Shown one piece after another: positions 12,381-23,788 of a DNA stretch of 64,000 nt (the stretch's first letter is position 1; the number at the start of each line of letters is the position of its first letter). The DNA lies in the NCBI RefSeq assembly GCF_964213995.1, contig NC_135830.1, forward strand, positions 744,001 through 808,000, in the 5' to 3' direction. A program made the position numbers and the translations under genes. The notes beneath the pieces were generated by a model. It was not told the origin of the DNA. It made no database searches and worked only from the letters and a program-made list of their open reading frames with translations. The DNA is from Mustelus asterias (Eukaryota).

Positions 12381-13199
12381 ATTATCACTATCTTTCCATG
12401 TGCACGTGTAGGTTAAGCTTTCTGATTTCAGTTGCCCAAGTCCGACGGAATAGAATTGTATTGCTATACGTCCTCGAGTCTAATCTCTTAATTTAACAAG
12501 ATCGATAAATCACCATTATTTTGCAAAGTGTTCGTTCACTTAAGCTCTTGTCGGCTTATTTGACTCGGCAACAAAGCTTGTGGGATGATGGCCACAAAAA
12601 GCAATTTGGGGCCTTTTACAACTCTTAAAATGCTGTAAAAATGGAACTTGATGTTGTTGCGCATTGAACTACTGATGGATGCAAGCTCCAAATGTTGAAT
12701 TCGGAACTGTGCATTGACTTTGAATGTATCACCCTGTCGTTAAAGGCCCAGATTCTATCGTAGATATTGAGATAGTTTCTGACTCAGAAGTTGTTTCAAT
12801 CAAGATCCAACATTTTGCCCTTTTATCAAGGCTATTAATGCAGCTCGACACTGTTTGTGTTACTACAGCCATAATAGTGCAGTATTTTAATCGAAACATT
12901 TCTTCCTGGCCTGAACCGATTGTTCAGATGCACGTTGAATATTCTCTTGGTGAATTGCTGGAGCAGCGATCCCTCCCAGTGTGTGGCCTAAGGCAGCATT
13001 GTATTCACTGACGTCCCATTAATTGCAACATGGCTTTATTTTTGTCATATCTTATGAGGGGTAAATCTGCTGTACAGATTTAACTGAAACAATTTAAAAT
13101 GAAATTGTTTGCTTAAAAACCTTCGGCAACCAATGAATGACGACCTATGAAGCAAAATATTTATATGTTGCCATGATCGTCAACCTGGCTAAACTCACA

Positions 13200-13630
13200 T
13201 GATGTAAAACAGAGTACAGCATCTGTCAGTTTATGCAATGGCAAGGGGAAGCATGAACAGCTGAATATTTCAAGGGAATCAGCTGCTTGATTCCTTGCCA
13301 CAAACAGTAGAGCTGCTTCTCATTCCCTTGGTGCATCAGTTCATTATTGATTTTGTGATGTTGGAAAATGCACTGACACCAATGGCATATGTCAGTAGAT
13401 CTCTTTACCAGCCAATGGATGAATGCTCCTGGCATTTTTAAGATACGGATTAAACTTTGCAGACAGAAATTATGCAAATCAGGGATAATTGCATTGCTCC
13501 CTCCTGGAGAGTGTATTCTGATGTAACGTAATGTGTTAGCTCAGAAACAGTGCAGGAGTCCATGAATTCATCAATGTCAGCTGGGTTATAGAAAAATGCA
13601 TGTGCGCTCAGGTTGGAGAACAAGTGTTGA
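13200..13630. promoter_or_regulatory. candidate B-cell enhancer (octamer plus E-box cluster)
   Basis: ATGCAAAT at 13472. E-boxes CATCTG 13220, CAGCTG 13258/13280/13578, CATATG 13386, CATGTG 13599, CAAGTG 13621. GGGGAAG ~13245. No repeat recognised in this intron segment. Confidence 0.4.
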
Positions 13631-15165
13631 AGTGACTAGCTGTATCTACCTGCCCTAACTGATGCAGAGTTAAACAGATATTGCTGAGACACTGTGCCTC
13701 CAGTAATTGTTGCTGCTGCTGTTTGTGCTATGGTGTGTCTCCATGCTGGGGGATGTCTCGCTGTGTGAGGGAAACACTCGTCTAATGGGTTTGGTAGCTT
13801 TACGTGCTGGAATTTCATTGAGTGGAAATTATCCAGCACAGAATCAGGATATTTGGTCCATCTATCCATGCCGCATTGTCTGGGTGAAGTAACCAGCTCT
13901 GTATTTTGCACGGTGACAAACGCCTACTTGACAAAAGTTCAGCGAATCAAATATAGTGAATACAATTTGTATCTGTGTACTTACGTTGATTTACATCCGG
14001 CTGAGCAGGATACACAGCTGTTTTACTCTATTACTGATCCACCACCAGGTCGCTGGATCTTACTCTGTTTCATTCGCTCACACTATTGAAGGGCATGTAG
14101 TTTGGTATGTCTCAGTGTCGAGCATGTCTAGTAGGAGCAACAGTCACGTTTATCTTGTATTATTGGAAGGCCTTGTTTTGAGGTGGCATTTACCCTTCCT
14201 GACACTGTTATTTAGAACATGGCAGTTCAATAAACTTTCATGTTCCAGAAGATATTAAATTGTGTAATATTAAATTTCAAACAAAATGTCAAAATAAAAC
14301 CTGCTGTAGGGCAGTTAATGCTAAGATTACGATGCTTTACAAGTAACTGTAAACATTAATGCAAACATAAAACCATTGCACCCTCCGCAAAATATCGACC
14401 AGCATTATCCAAAACAGCAGTTTGAAAAAAATCGACTTTGATCGCAGTGATGCCTTCAGGAGATTGAGAGAATTGTTGATGTCCTTTGTAATTCAGAAAC
14501 CCATAAAAAAAGATAATGTATCCATACCTGTGAATTTTTCAATGACCAAATACTAGAGCTACTACACGGAAATATACGGATTCTATAAGATCTCACTAAC
14601 CTAGTCAACAGAGAAATGTATCTGTAATATGTCAGAACAGCGTTACAAAGTCTGGCCGTATGGCAATTCTAATATTATGAGTAACAAATAACTCCAATGA
14701 CAATGGGCATTGTTGAACGCCATTGTGCAGAAGTCGACATACTTTGCCGGTTTGCAGTCGCGTGAAATAGTTTATCCTATGAGTGACTTTTGCCGTAAAA
14801 TGTCAATAACCTAACAGATGCGAAGACAATCTGCACTAATTAGAAGCCGTCAAATCTTCAGCTGAAAAATGACTCATTCCCAGTTCTAACATTCAGTTCT
14901 CATGTTAACTTAGCATGTGAGCAGCAAAAGATTTGAGCCCCACTCAACCCTTCTCTTCAGATTGGAATCGAGTTCAGCTTTTCAATAGATTTTGATTATG
15001 ACGGCTGAAAAAAATGAAGTAAAATGCAACGCGAGTGATTGTCTCTTTTTACGGGAATGTGGGAAGGATACACACACGTCATTTAAAATAATTCGCCTGC
15101 CCTCTGTGCCCTATTAGCCTTCAATTATTGCCAACCAGCACGTATCTCCATGTTTTCTCAAATCT

Positions 15166-15479
15166 ATCATAGAATCCCTACAGTGCAGAAGGAGGCCATT
15201 CGGCCCATCGAGTCGACACCGACCACAATCCCACCCAGGCCCTACCCCCACATATTTACCCGCTAATCCCTCTAACCTACGCATCTCAGGACACTAAGGG
15301 ACAATTTTTAACCTGGCCAATCAACCTAATCCGCACATCTTTGGACTGTGGGAGGAAACCCACGCAGACACGAGGAGAATGTGCAAACTCCACACAGACA
15401 GTGACCCGAGCCGGGAATCGAACCCGGGACCCTGGAGCTGTGAAGCAGCAGTGCTAACCACTGTGCCATCGTGCCGCCC
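15166..15479 (-). mobile_element. HE1-type SINE about 130 nt upstream of TM1
   Basis: Reverse complement of the 10782 SINE with a small internal deletion. Confidence 0.9.
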
Positions 15480-15609
15480 ATCGTGCTATCTCAATCGTCT
15501 TCAGGCCTTTTCATGTTCCATTATTTCAGTATACAATGCAACAGTGAGTTGTACCGAGTCTATTTTCAACATGATTCAATTGACAAAAACATTCATCTAT
15601 TGATTATAG

Positions 15610-15767
15610 AAACCTCTCCAATAACGGAACTGATGGATAACCAAGTGGTCGTGGAAGACGGATTGGAAAACTTTGATGAAAATCTCAGCACTTCATCAAC
15701 CTTAGTTGCTTTCGTCGCCTTATTCGTTCTCAGTATGATGTACAGCGCATATGTGACCGCCGTCAAG
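15610..15767 (+). CDS. IgNAR: IgNAR transmembrane exon TM1
   Basis: Phase-1 acceptor (attatag) and phase-0 donor AAG|GTAATA. ETSPITELMDNQVVVEDGLENFDENLSTSSTLVAFVALFVLSMMYSAYVTAVK: acidic spacer plus CART-type F..LF.LS..YS..VT motif. Confidence 0.92.
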
Positions 15768-17029
15768 GTAATAATGGCTCACAATTGTACAGTAACATTG
15801 TAAATATATGTTCATAAATTGGAGGTAATTCCCATATATTGGTGAAGCACAAATGGTTAACTAAATATTCCAGCATACACACAATTTGTACCGTTACCAC
15901 TCTCTCAATTGAATTTAATGTTCGTTCCCATGTGATGCATTGAAATAATTCATAAACCTCCAGAACATGAAGATTAAAGAGAAGATTGAATGCATCCGGA
16001 CATGAGAGGGAAAACGGGAAATCAGTAAATAATGAATAAATACATTGAATCCAGATTGCAAATCATTAGACACGTACAAAAATGATGTTTCTGAGTAATG
16101 ATCCAAATAGTGATGTCGTGAAAAAAGCAAGTAGCATTGAGAATGATATATCAGCAGTCTAGCCTCTTGAGCGGGGAATCTGCAAACAATGCCTTCACAT
16201 GGCGATGTGGATCTTTGTGCAGAGATGAAGAAAGCATTGACTCCAGGTTGAGAGGAGATGGATCAATGTGAAAATACGTGGAAATTCTTGATAATGGAAG
16301 GATGGAATTTGGAATATTGTGAATGGGTGAGGAAAACACTGACTGACAAGATGTGAGGTGAATCATTATGAAATGATGAGGAAAGGGTAGCCGAGGAAAT
16401 TTTGCGGCATGTTGGATAGACGAGGTAAACATTTCTTATGGAAGGATGGGAGATGAGAAAATTGTTGACAGATGACAAAAAACATTGACAACGGAAGTAT
16501 TGGAAAAAATATCAGCCTCCAACTTGATAGACAACAAGTAGGAGACAGCAATCTGTGGACATGAAAACAACAAGCAATCAAACAGATATTATCATTCTCT
16601 GATCAAAGCTAAGTAAATGGAATTAAACAAACATAGAAAGTTTATGTCCAGGCAAAGATAATGGGAATTTTGAAAATTGGCTGTTTCACATCGTCCACCA
16701 CACATTTATAATGGCTGTTCAGTATTTTAACTGATTAACAACGCATCATCACCAGCTTTATTAATGTGCTTACTTAAAAAAAGTCTATAAAACTCAGTTT
16801 TCAAAACGAATCTGGCCTAGCCACACCAGTTTGTTTGCTTTTGTTTTGCGTGGGAAGAGTTACAGATTCTGTCCACCCATTGTGTGAAGAACATTTTTCT
16901 GACGTCATCCCAGAAAACAAACAAGGTAAGTTTTAGGTTTATTTCTGAGTTTTTCTCGTATTTCTCACCAGAGAAAATGTCGACATTAAAAGACATATTA
17001 ATTGCTATCATTAAATTCAGTGAAACGAT

Positions 17030-17350
17030 TCCACAGTAGTTAGCACTGCTGCCTCACAGCGCCAGGGAACTGGGTTCAATTCCGTCCTTGGGCGACTGTG
17101 TGCATATAATTTTCACATTCTACTTGTGTCTGTGTAGGTTTCCACCGGAGGCACCGGTTTCCTTGCACAATCCAGAAGTATGCAGTTTAAGTAGACTGGC
17201 CATGGAAAATTGCCCCTTAGTGTTCCAAGATATGTAGGTTAATGAATTCGCCCAGTAAACGGGGAGAGGGTCAGGGTAAGATATTCTTTCAGGGAGTCGG
17301 TGTAGTTTAAATGGACCGAATGGCCTCCTGCACTGTACGGATTCTATGAG
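17030..17350 (+). mobile_element. degenerate HE1-type SINE
   Basis: cacagtagttagcactgctgcctcacagcgcc...ccgaatggcctcctgcactgta. Confidence 0.8.
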
Positions 17351-20300
17351 ACCACCCCTGTAACTTCCATGGCAAAAGAAGCCGAATATGAAGCCATGTT
17401 GGCATAATGTTAACTCCTTAATTTCTGCTGTCATTCTGGAGAACTTGTGTTGTACCCCTCTAAGTACTTCCTGGGTTGTGTCTCCCCAGAACTGAACTCG
17501 ATAACCAGTGATTTATACAACTGAAGCAAAACTTCTACCTCCTTGTATTAGACCTCCCCCCACCCGGAGTCAAAACAAATGCTCAATTTGTCTTTTAGCT
17601 ATTGTAACAATTTCCATTTAGCTTTGTAGATTCGTGTGAAAGGAAAGCCAAACATCTCAGATCCTCTGCAGTTTTAATCATCTAATTGTTTATAACATAA
17701 CTAGGACTTCAATTTTTTGTTTCAAACTAGATGTCATCACGTTACTATAAGGGATTTCATATACCATTGAGCACCCTCTGACCCCATTCTAACATTTGCA
17801 AAGATTATTTCCACTCTGCAGCATATCTACATCTGTTTACCATTACATTGTCAGCAATTTTTGTTTGTGGCTCTCCTTCATCATAACTCGTTAATAAATA
17901 TGTTGGAGATTGGCGCAATTCAGATGTTTCCCCCGTGGTGTCAATTCCGTCACGGGAAGTTGTTTCCATTAATTACTTAAAATTCCTTAGAAACGCCCCT
18001 GTCCTATTATTCTCCATTGTCTCCCCAGAACTGTCGACTTTCATTCCTGATACTATTCTAGTCAATATTATTGCTGTTCTACCTAAGTCTAAACATCCTG
18101 AAGGATACGACTCAACATTGGTGCCAACATTGAGTGATGGTATTTGAAACTTCCTCCACTACTGGCGTGAAGGTACTTAATTTAATTTTCCCCTTATCTG
18201 GGAAAAAGGAAAATCGTACACACTCCAGGAATTCATCAGTCACAGTATTGCTGCTAATTTTATTAGCTCAATCTATGTGCAGGTTAAAGTCACCCATGAT
18301 TACTGTAGCACCCATTGTTACGTATATCTCAGATTCCTTGTTTAAATGCCACCCTCAACTTTGTCCTTACTATTTGGAGGCTTGTAGAAAACTCAGACTA
18401 TTTATCTGCCCCTTGTTGCTTCTTACCTCCACCCAGACTGATTCAACTTACAGAGTTTCTGACCTAATACCCTTTCGCGCAATGCACTGATTTCATACTT
18501 AACGAACAACACCTGTCATCTCTTTCCCTTTATGTCTATCTTTCCCAAACATCGAGATCACTTGGTCATTCAGTTCCAAACATTGACCACTCTGCAGCGA
18601 ACTGTGATCACAATGATATCATACCCGTTTATATCTATTTGCCTGTTAATTCATCTTCATTACTGTGAATGATCAGTGCAATCAGATGTAGTGCTTTTAG
18701 ACAAGTCCTTCTAAAGTTTTACACACGATATTTTGTCCAATGGCCTCATTCGCTCGTAATTTTTGCTTTCCTCTACTTTCCATCTTTGCTTTATTTTATT
18801 TATTTCAATTCTATCTTTGTTTGCCACTCTCCTGTCTCCACGCACAGGTTCCCATCCCCAGCATTACTAGCAAATAACCAATCGAGGATACTGATTGTTT
18901 TCTTTCTGCTGGAGTGCAGCCCATGCCGCTTGGACAGGTCGCACCTTCTCGAGATTCGGTTCCAATGCCTCCAGAAGCTAAATCCTTCCATCTTACACTT
19001 GTCATCTAATTCTTCATTTGATGTGTCTTGTTAGCCCTTCTCTTCCATATTAGCTGAAACTCTCTGCCACAGCATTTCTGAACATTCTTGCAGGTAAATT
19101 AGTTGTAACCCTGTAGGTGTGCCATATTTCGACCGACTGATGCCAATGCCCTTGTAATGTGGAACATCTGTTCAAAAAATTCACAGCTCACATATTGAAA
19201 TATTTTACTTCGCTGCTCCTGCACTGACTATCCCTGAACACTGGGAGTAATCGAGAGATTGCTTTCTTCAATGTTTTTCTGCAGATACCGATGCTACTTC
19301 CAGAGTACTTTCATCGTTACTTCTTAGATGATTGGCTGAGAAATGGATTGTGAATTTTTTCACTTCACAATATTATGTTCAGTATGCAGTGATGTTACTC
19401 ACCTTCGCACCACTGAGACAACCTGCCATGAGAAACTCGTGTTTCTTGTTGCAGGAACGCCACTCAATTTGACTACCAACTTCCCTCAGGCATTTCATTT
19501 TTACACTTTGTGATTTCATCGTTGTTTTATAAATTCCCCAAAGTGCCGTGCAGGAGCCGTTGGCAGCACCAGGCCAAGCTCTACAAAGAGATCTGAATAT
19601 GCAACAATCCCAGAGGATTTCTGTATACTCAGCATGTCCTAAACTAACAGATGACTATTCACTTACGAACATTTTGAGCACTGGATTTTCAGACTGACTA
19701 CCTCCTGGGATAATTGCTTTCCTCGAGATTGTCTGAGCTCAGTAATTCTAGGTTTTCCTCAATCAATATGTTTACATTTTTTGAGTTCCAAGCAACTCAA
19801 CATCTATTTATTTTGTAACCTTTATTGAATGGAAAAATATATTTGCCGTATATGGATCACAGAAATGTCGGCACCTTCTATCATGAGATATTTAACATCA
19901 GGCACACGTAAGCTATCCTCTGACCTTCTGTTTAAAAACGCTGGGGGGCTGTCCTCTGTGTCCCGGCAAATATTGATATTTCACTTAATATAGAAAACAA
20001 GCTTACGTGGTTACTTTCACATTGAAACTTGTCGCAGTGTGCTGTTTACAAATTGACTGCCGTTATCTGCAGATGGAAAATTGCATAGTCTATAATCATT
20101 TCACAGCCTGAAAGGTACTTTGGATGTTATTTTTGAGGTTAAAAGCACTCAGTAAATGAATTCATGTATTTAACAACTGTTTCTGTCTATTAATCAGTAA
20201 TAATCTTTCTATTTGCCGAAATGTTTATTCACTTATCTGCCATTTTTAATATAAGCTTGATCCAAAAATTTCATTTGGTAAAAATCTCTCTCTCTACTCC

Positions 20301-21024
20301 TGGAGGAGAGCGACTATTTTGCACAGAGATCGAGACAACGGATATGTCTGGAATTATGCACGTAGTTAGACATGGAATTATGAACAATTAAACCTTCCAA
20401 TTTGAACAAGATATTTCTGTCCCTTTCCCACGCGCTATATTTATTATCCGGCTGTTTATCAGTGCCACCTCTTTATTTATTAATCTCGAGCGATCTTTTT
20501 ATATCAGTATCTAACTAATTCTATTCCTCTCGTCCACAGACACGACGTTCCTGTGCATTGTGCAGGGAGAGTGCAGCCAAAGTATTGCCTTCTCAGATAG
20601 ATATTTAAAGATAATTTTACAAAGTACATAATCCAGTTCAATTTCCAAAGTCAGTCTATGTGACTTTATTTTCCTGTCGGCGTGCTAAATGTCTAATTCC
20701 ACATTTGTAACATAGATTGTCAACTTGCAACAATCAGGCAGTGACTGCGTACATTAACGGGTAAAAATGCTTCACTACTTCTTTGCAATATTACTATCCA
20801 CTCCGATAATGCTCCAGATCACGATGCATAAACCAACTAGTTACACTTCTCTCCAGATGCAATGCTGCACATTTTTCAATGTATCTATAATACTGTTCAT
20901 GCATCACCAACGTATTTACTGCATCTCAAGCCATCTCTGTCACATTAAAGTGGAAACTTCAGCCACTTGCACCTTCAAAATTTTCTTGAAGTGGAAAGAA
21001 ATGAAGGGAAAGTATATACGGTTA

Positions 21025-22560
21025 AAAGCAAATTACTGCGGATGCTGGAATCTGAAACCAAAAGAGAAAATGCTGGAAAATCTCAGCAGGTCCAGTAAGG
21101 AGAGAAAAGAGCTGACATTTCGAGTCCAGATGACCCTTTGTCAAAGCTAAAAGACAGAGAAAGTGGGAGATATTTATACTGCAGGGTGACGGAATGAAAG
21201 ATGAACCACAGCCACAGCAACCAGGGGAAAAGACGAGTAATGGCAGTCCATAGAGAGAATAAAGGGGCGGCACGGTAGCACAGTGGTTAGCACTGCTGCT
21301 TCACAGCTCCAGGTTCCCGGGTTCGATTCCTGGCTCGGGTCACTGTCTGTGTGGAGTTTGCACATTCTCCTCGTGTCTGCGTGGGTTTCCTCCGGGTGCT
21401 CCGGTTTCCTCCCACAGTCCAAAGATGTGCGGGTCAGGTTGATTGGCCAGGTTAAAAAATTGCCCCTTCGAGTCCTGGGATGCGTAGGTTAGAGGGATTA
21501 GCGGGTAAAATATGTGGGGGTAGGGACTGGGTGGGATTGTGGTCGGTGCAGACTCGATGGGCCGAATGGCCTCCTTCTGCACTGTAGGGTTTCTATGATT
21601 TCTATGATTCTTCTATGATAAAGGGTGTGAATGGCCAAACGGCAGAGAAGCTAAAATCAAAGGGTAAGCTGTGACAGATGGAGATATGGGGGGAGGGGGG
21701 AATGGGTGGGAGAGAGTTACAGTATAGAAAAGGGGAAGCAAAGGGTAAGGAAAGGGAGGATGAAGTAGGGGAAAGAGTTGGGGGGGGGGGGGGGGGGAGA
21801 AAATGAAGGAAGGCAATAAAGAAATGAAACGTACCGAACAGTGAAGAGTTAAATAAAATGAAAACAAAGGGGTCGAGGTGGGGTAGAGCTAATCATCTGA
21901 AGTTGTTGAATTCGATGTTGCGACCAGAAGGCTGTAAAGTGCCGAGCCAGAAGATGAGATGCTGTTCCTCCAGGTTGCGTTGAGCTTCACGGGAACATTG
22001 CAGCAGGCCAAGGACAGACATGTGAGCATGGGATCAGGATCACGTGTTAAAATGGCAAGCAACCGGATGGTTAGGGTGCTGATTTCGCACAGACTGAAGG
22101 TGCTCAGGAAAGAGATCACCCAGTCTACGCTTGGTCTCTCCGAAATAGAGGGGACCACACTGGGAGCAGCGAATGCAATACAGCAAATTGAAAGAGGGGC
22201 AAGTGAAACACTGCTTAACCTGGAAAAAGTGTTGTGGCCCTTGGATGGTCAACATGGAAGAGGTAAAGAGGCAGGTGTGACACCTTCTGCAATTACATGG
22301 GAAAGTGCCATGAGTGACGGGAGTGGAGTTGGGTATAGTGGAGGTGTGGAGAAGGTTATCCCGAAGGAAGCGGTCTCTTTGGAATGCTGACAGAGGGAGT
22401 GAAGGGATGATGTGTTCGCTGGCGGCATCACACTGGAGTTGGCGAAAATGGCAGAGGATTATGCTTTGCATGCGCAGGCTGGTGAGGTGAAATGTGAGAG
22501 CAAAGGGGACTCCATCCTTGGTCTAGGAGGGAGGGAAGGGGGTGAGGGTCGTGGCGTGGG
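21025..22560 (-). mobile_element. Penelope-like element fragment (GIY-YIG endonuclease plus terminal repeat)
   Basis: ORF 22040-22471 reads HGTFPCNCRRCHTC...FTCPSFNLLYCIRCSQCGPLYFGETKRRLGDLFPEHL...PVACHFN, the PLE Zn-linker plus GIY-YIG. A hammerhead-like remnant lies at 21110-21148. Confidence 0.88.
21266..21617 (+). mobile_element. young HE1-type SINE inserted in the Penelope-like element
   Basis: Full-length SINE with (TTCTATGA)n tail. TSD ATAAAGG at 21259 and 21618. Confidence 0.92.
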
Positions 22561-23265
22561 AGAGCATAAACGGTCACTGGCAAAAGTAACGATGCAAAAG
22601 TGCAATAGATTGTCAAAAGAAAATTAAAAGCATTTCAATAATGCAGACACATTCAGCTTGTACATAAAGGAATGACACGTTCTGTGTATGGAAACACTTT
22701 TGAGGATATATTGTTCTGCGGGTAGGAATAGTAAGTCAGAACAACACAGAAACGGAAATGTAATGTGCAGATAACCAGACAGCAGATTGCTTCAAATCCA
22801 GCGATTGACCAAACATAGGAAAGAGATTGAGTTTTTTTTCAGACCAACAGATATTCAGTGAGCAGAAAGTTTAAGAAAATGGTGAATCACATCAAATTTG
22901 AAATTGCATGTTCAGATCATATCAAATCCAGATAGACAGCTCCAGGTGTGCTAACAGACAATCACTTATTCGAAGAATCATCACATTTTCCCCCCGAAAC
23001 ATTCTAAATTAGTGTTGTATTTATCAAAGTGAAATCATACAATTCAATTCTCATTTATAAGGTTAAGAAGACACATGACTGAGTGAGATTTTCTCTACTT
23101 CGGGTTACGATTGTTGATTGTGGATGATAGGTGCCCGAATCCATTCTACCTAATATATTGAATACTGTGTCTGTACTCTCTGGATTGTTCCCTTGGATTG
23201 TACATCGTCTGTCTCCTTAAATAACTCACGAGGTTGAAATGCAATGTTTTTTTCCTCCACTGTAG

Positions 23266-23274
23266 GTGAAATAG
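23266..23274 (+). CDS. IgNAR: IgNAR transmembrane exon TM2 (VK*), completing the KVK cytoplasmic tail
   Basis: Strong acceptor tttttttcctccactgtag|GTG AAA TAG, in phase 0 with TM1. KVK is the conserved Ig heavy-chain tail. Confidence 0.85.
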   Translation: MK

Positions 23275-23782
23275 CGGCTGCTTGGCTTGAAGAGACTTCT
23301 GGCACATATTCAAAGGGAACTTCTGTCTAATTCCGAACCCTGCTTGTTTCGAATTGCCTCACCCGATCAGAAGTACTGCTGCTCCACAGTGACCTCTCAT
23401 CATTTGTTCCTATCTATTCTCATCCAATCCATGTCAACTTTTTGCTTCATTTCCTTTAGTTGGCTCACAATGTTTGGTGAAGCATTATTGGTTCAACAAA
23501 GCAGTGTTTTGGGAAAATCCCACAAAGCCAATTGAAATTACCTGTAAATACATCACTGAATGATGCGCTAAGCTGATTGTGCTTTTGAAATAGAAGCTGC
23601 CTTGCTTAGCTCCTTTATGTGTTAAACATTTCTTGTCGAATTAAATTGAAAAATGTGAAACTATAAATGTCCTTACCACGTCCCGATCACATCGACAAAC
23701 CGCTGTTGTTGTAGAACTTGCCCTTGATCTTGGATGAGTTTATGCTCGTCAGCTGCAACAGAAGGTCGAAGCATTCTCTATG

Positions 23783-23788
23783 AATAAA
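23783..23788 (+). terminator. candidate poly(A) signal of membrane IgNAR mRNA
   Basis: First AATAAA noticed after the TM2 stop. Alternatives lie at ~24781 and ~24937. Confidence 0.5.

Noticed and set aside
19264-19475. Other phase-0 acceptors in the TM1-TM2 intron (giving IPMLLPEY... or ERHSI*)
   Set aside because: They lie next to decayed LINE sequence and have no supporting features. The 23266 exon gives the canonical KVK.
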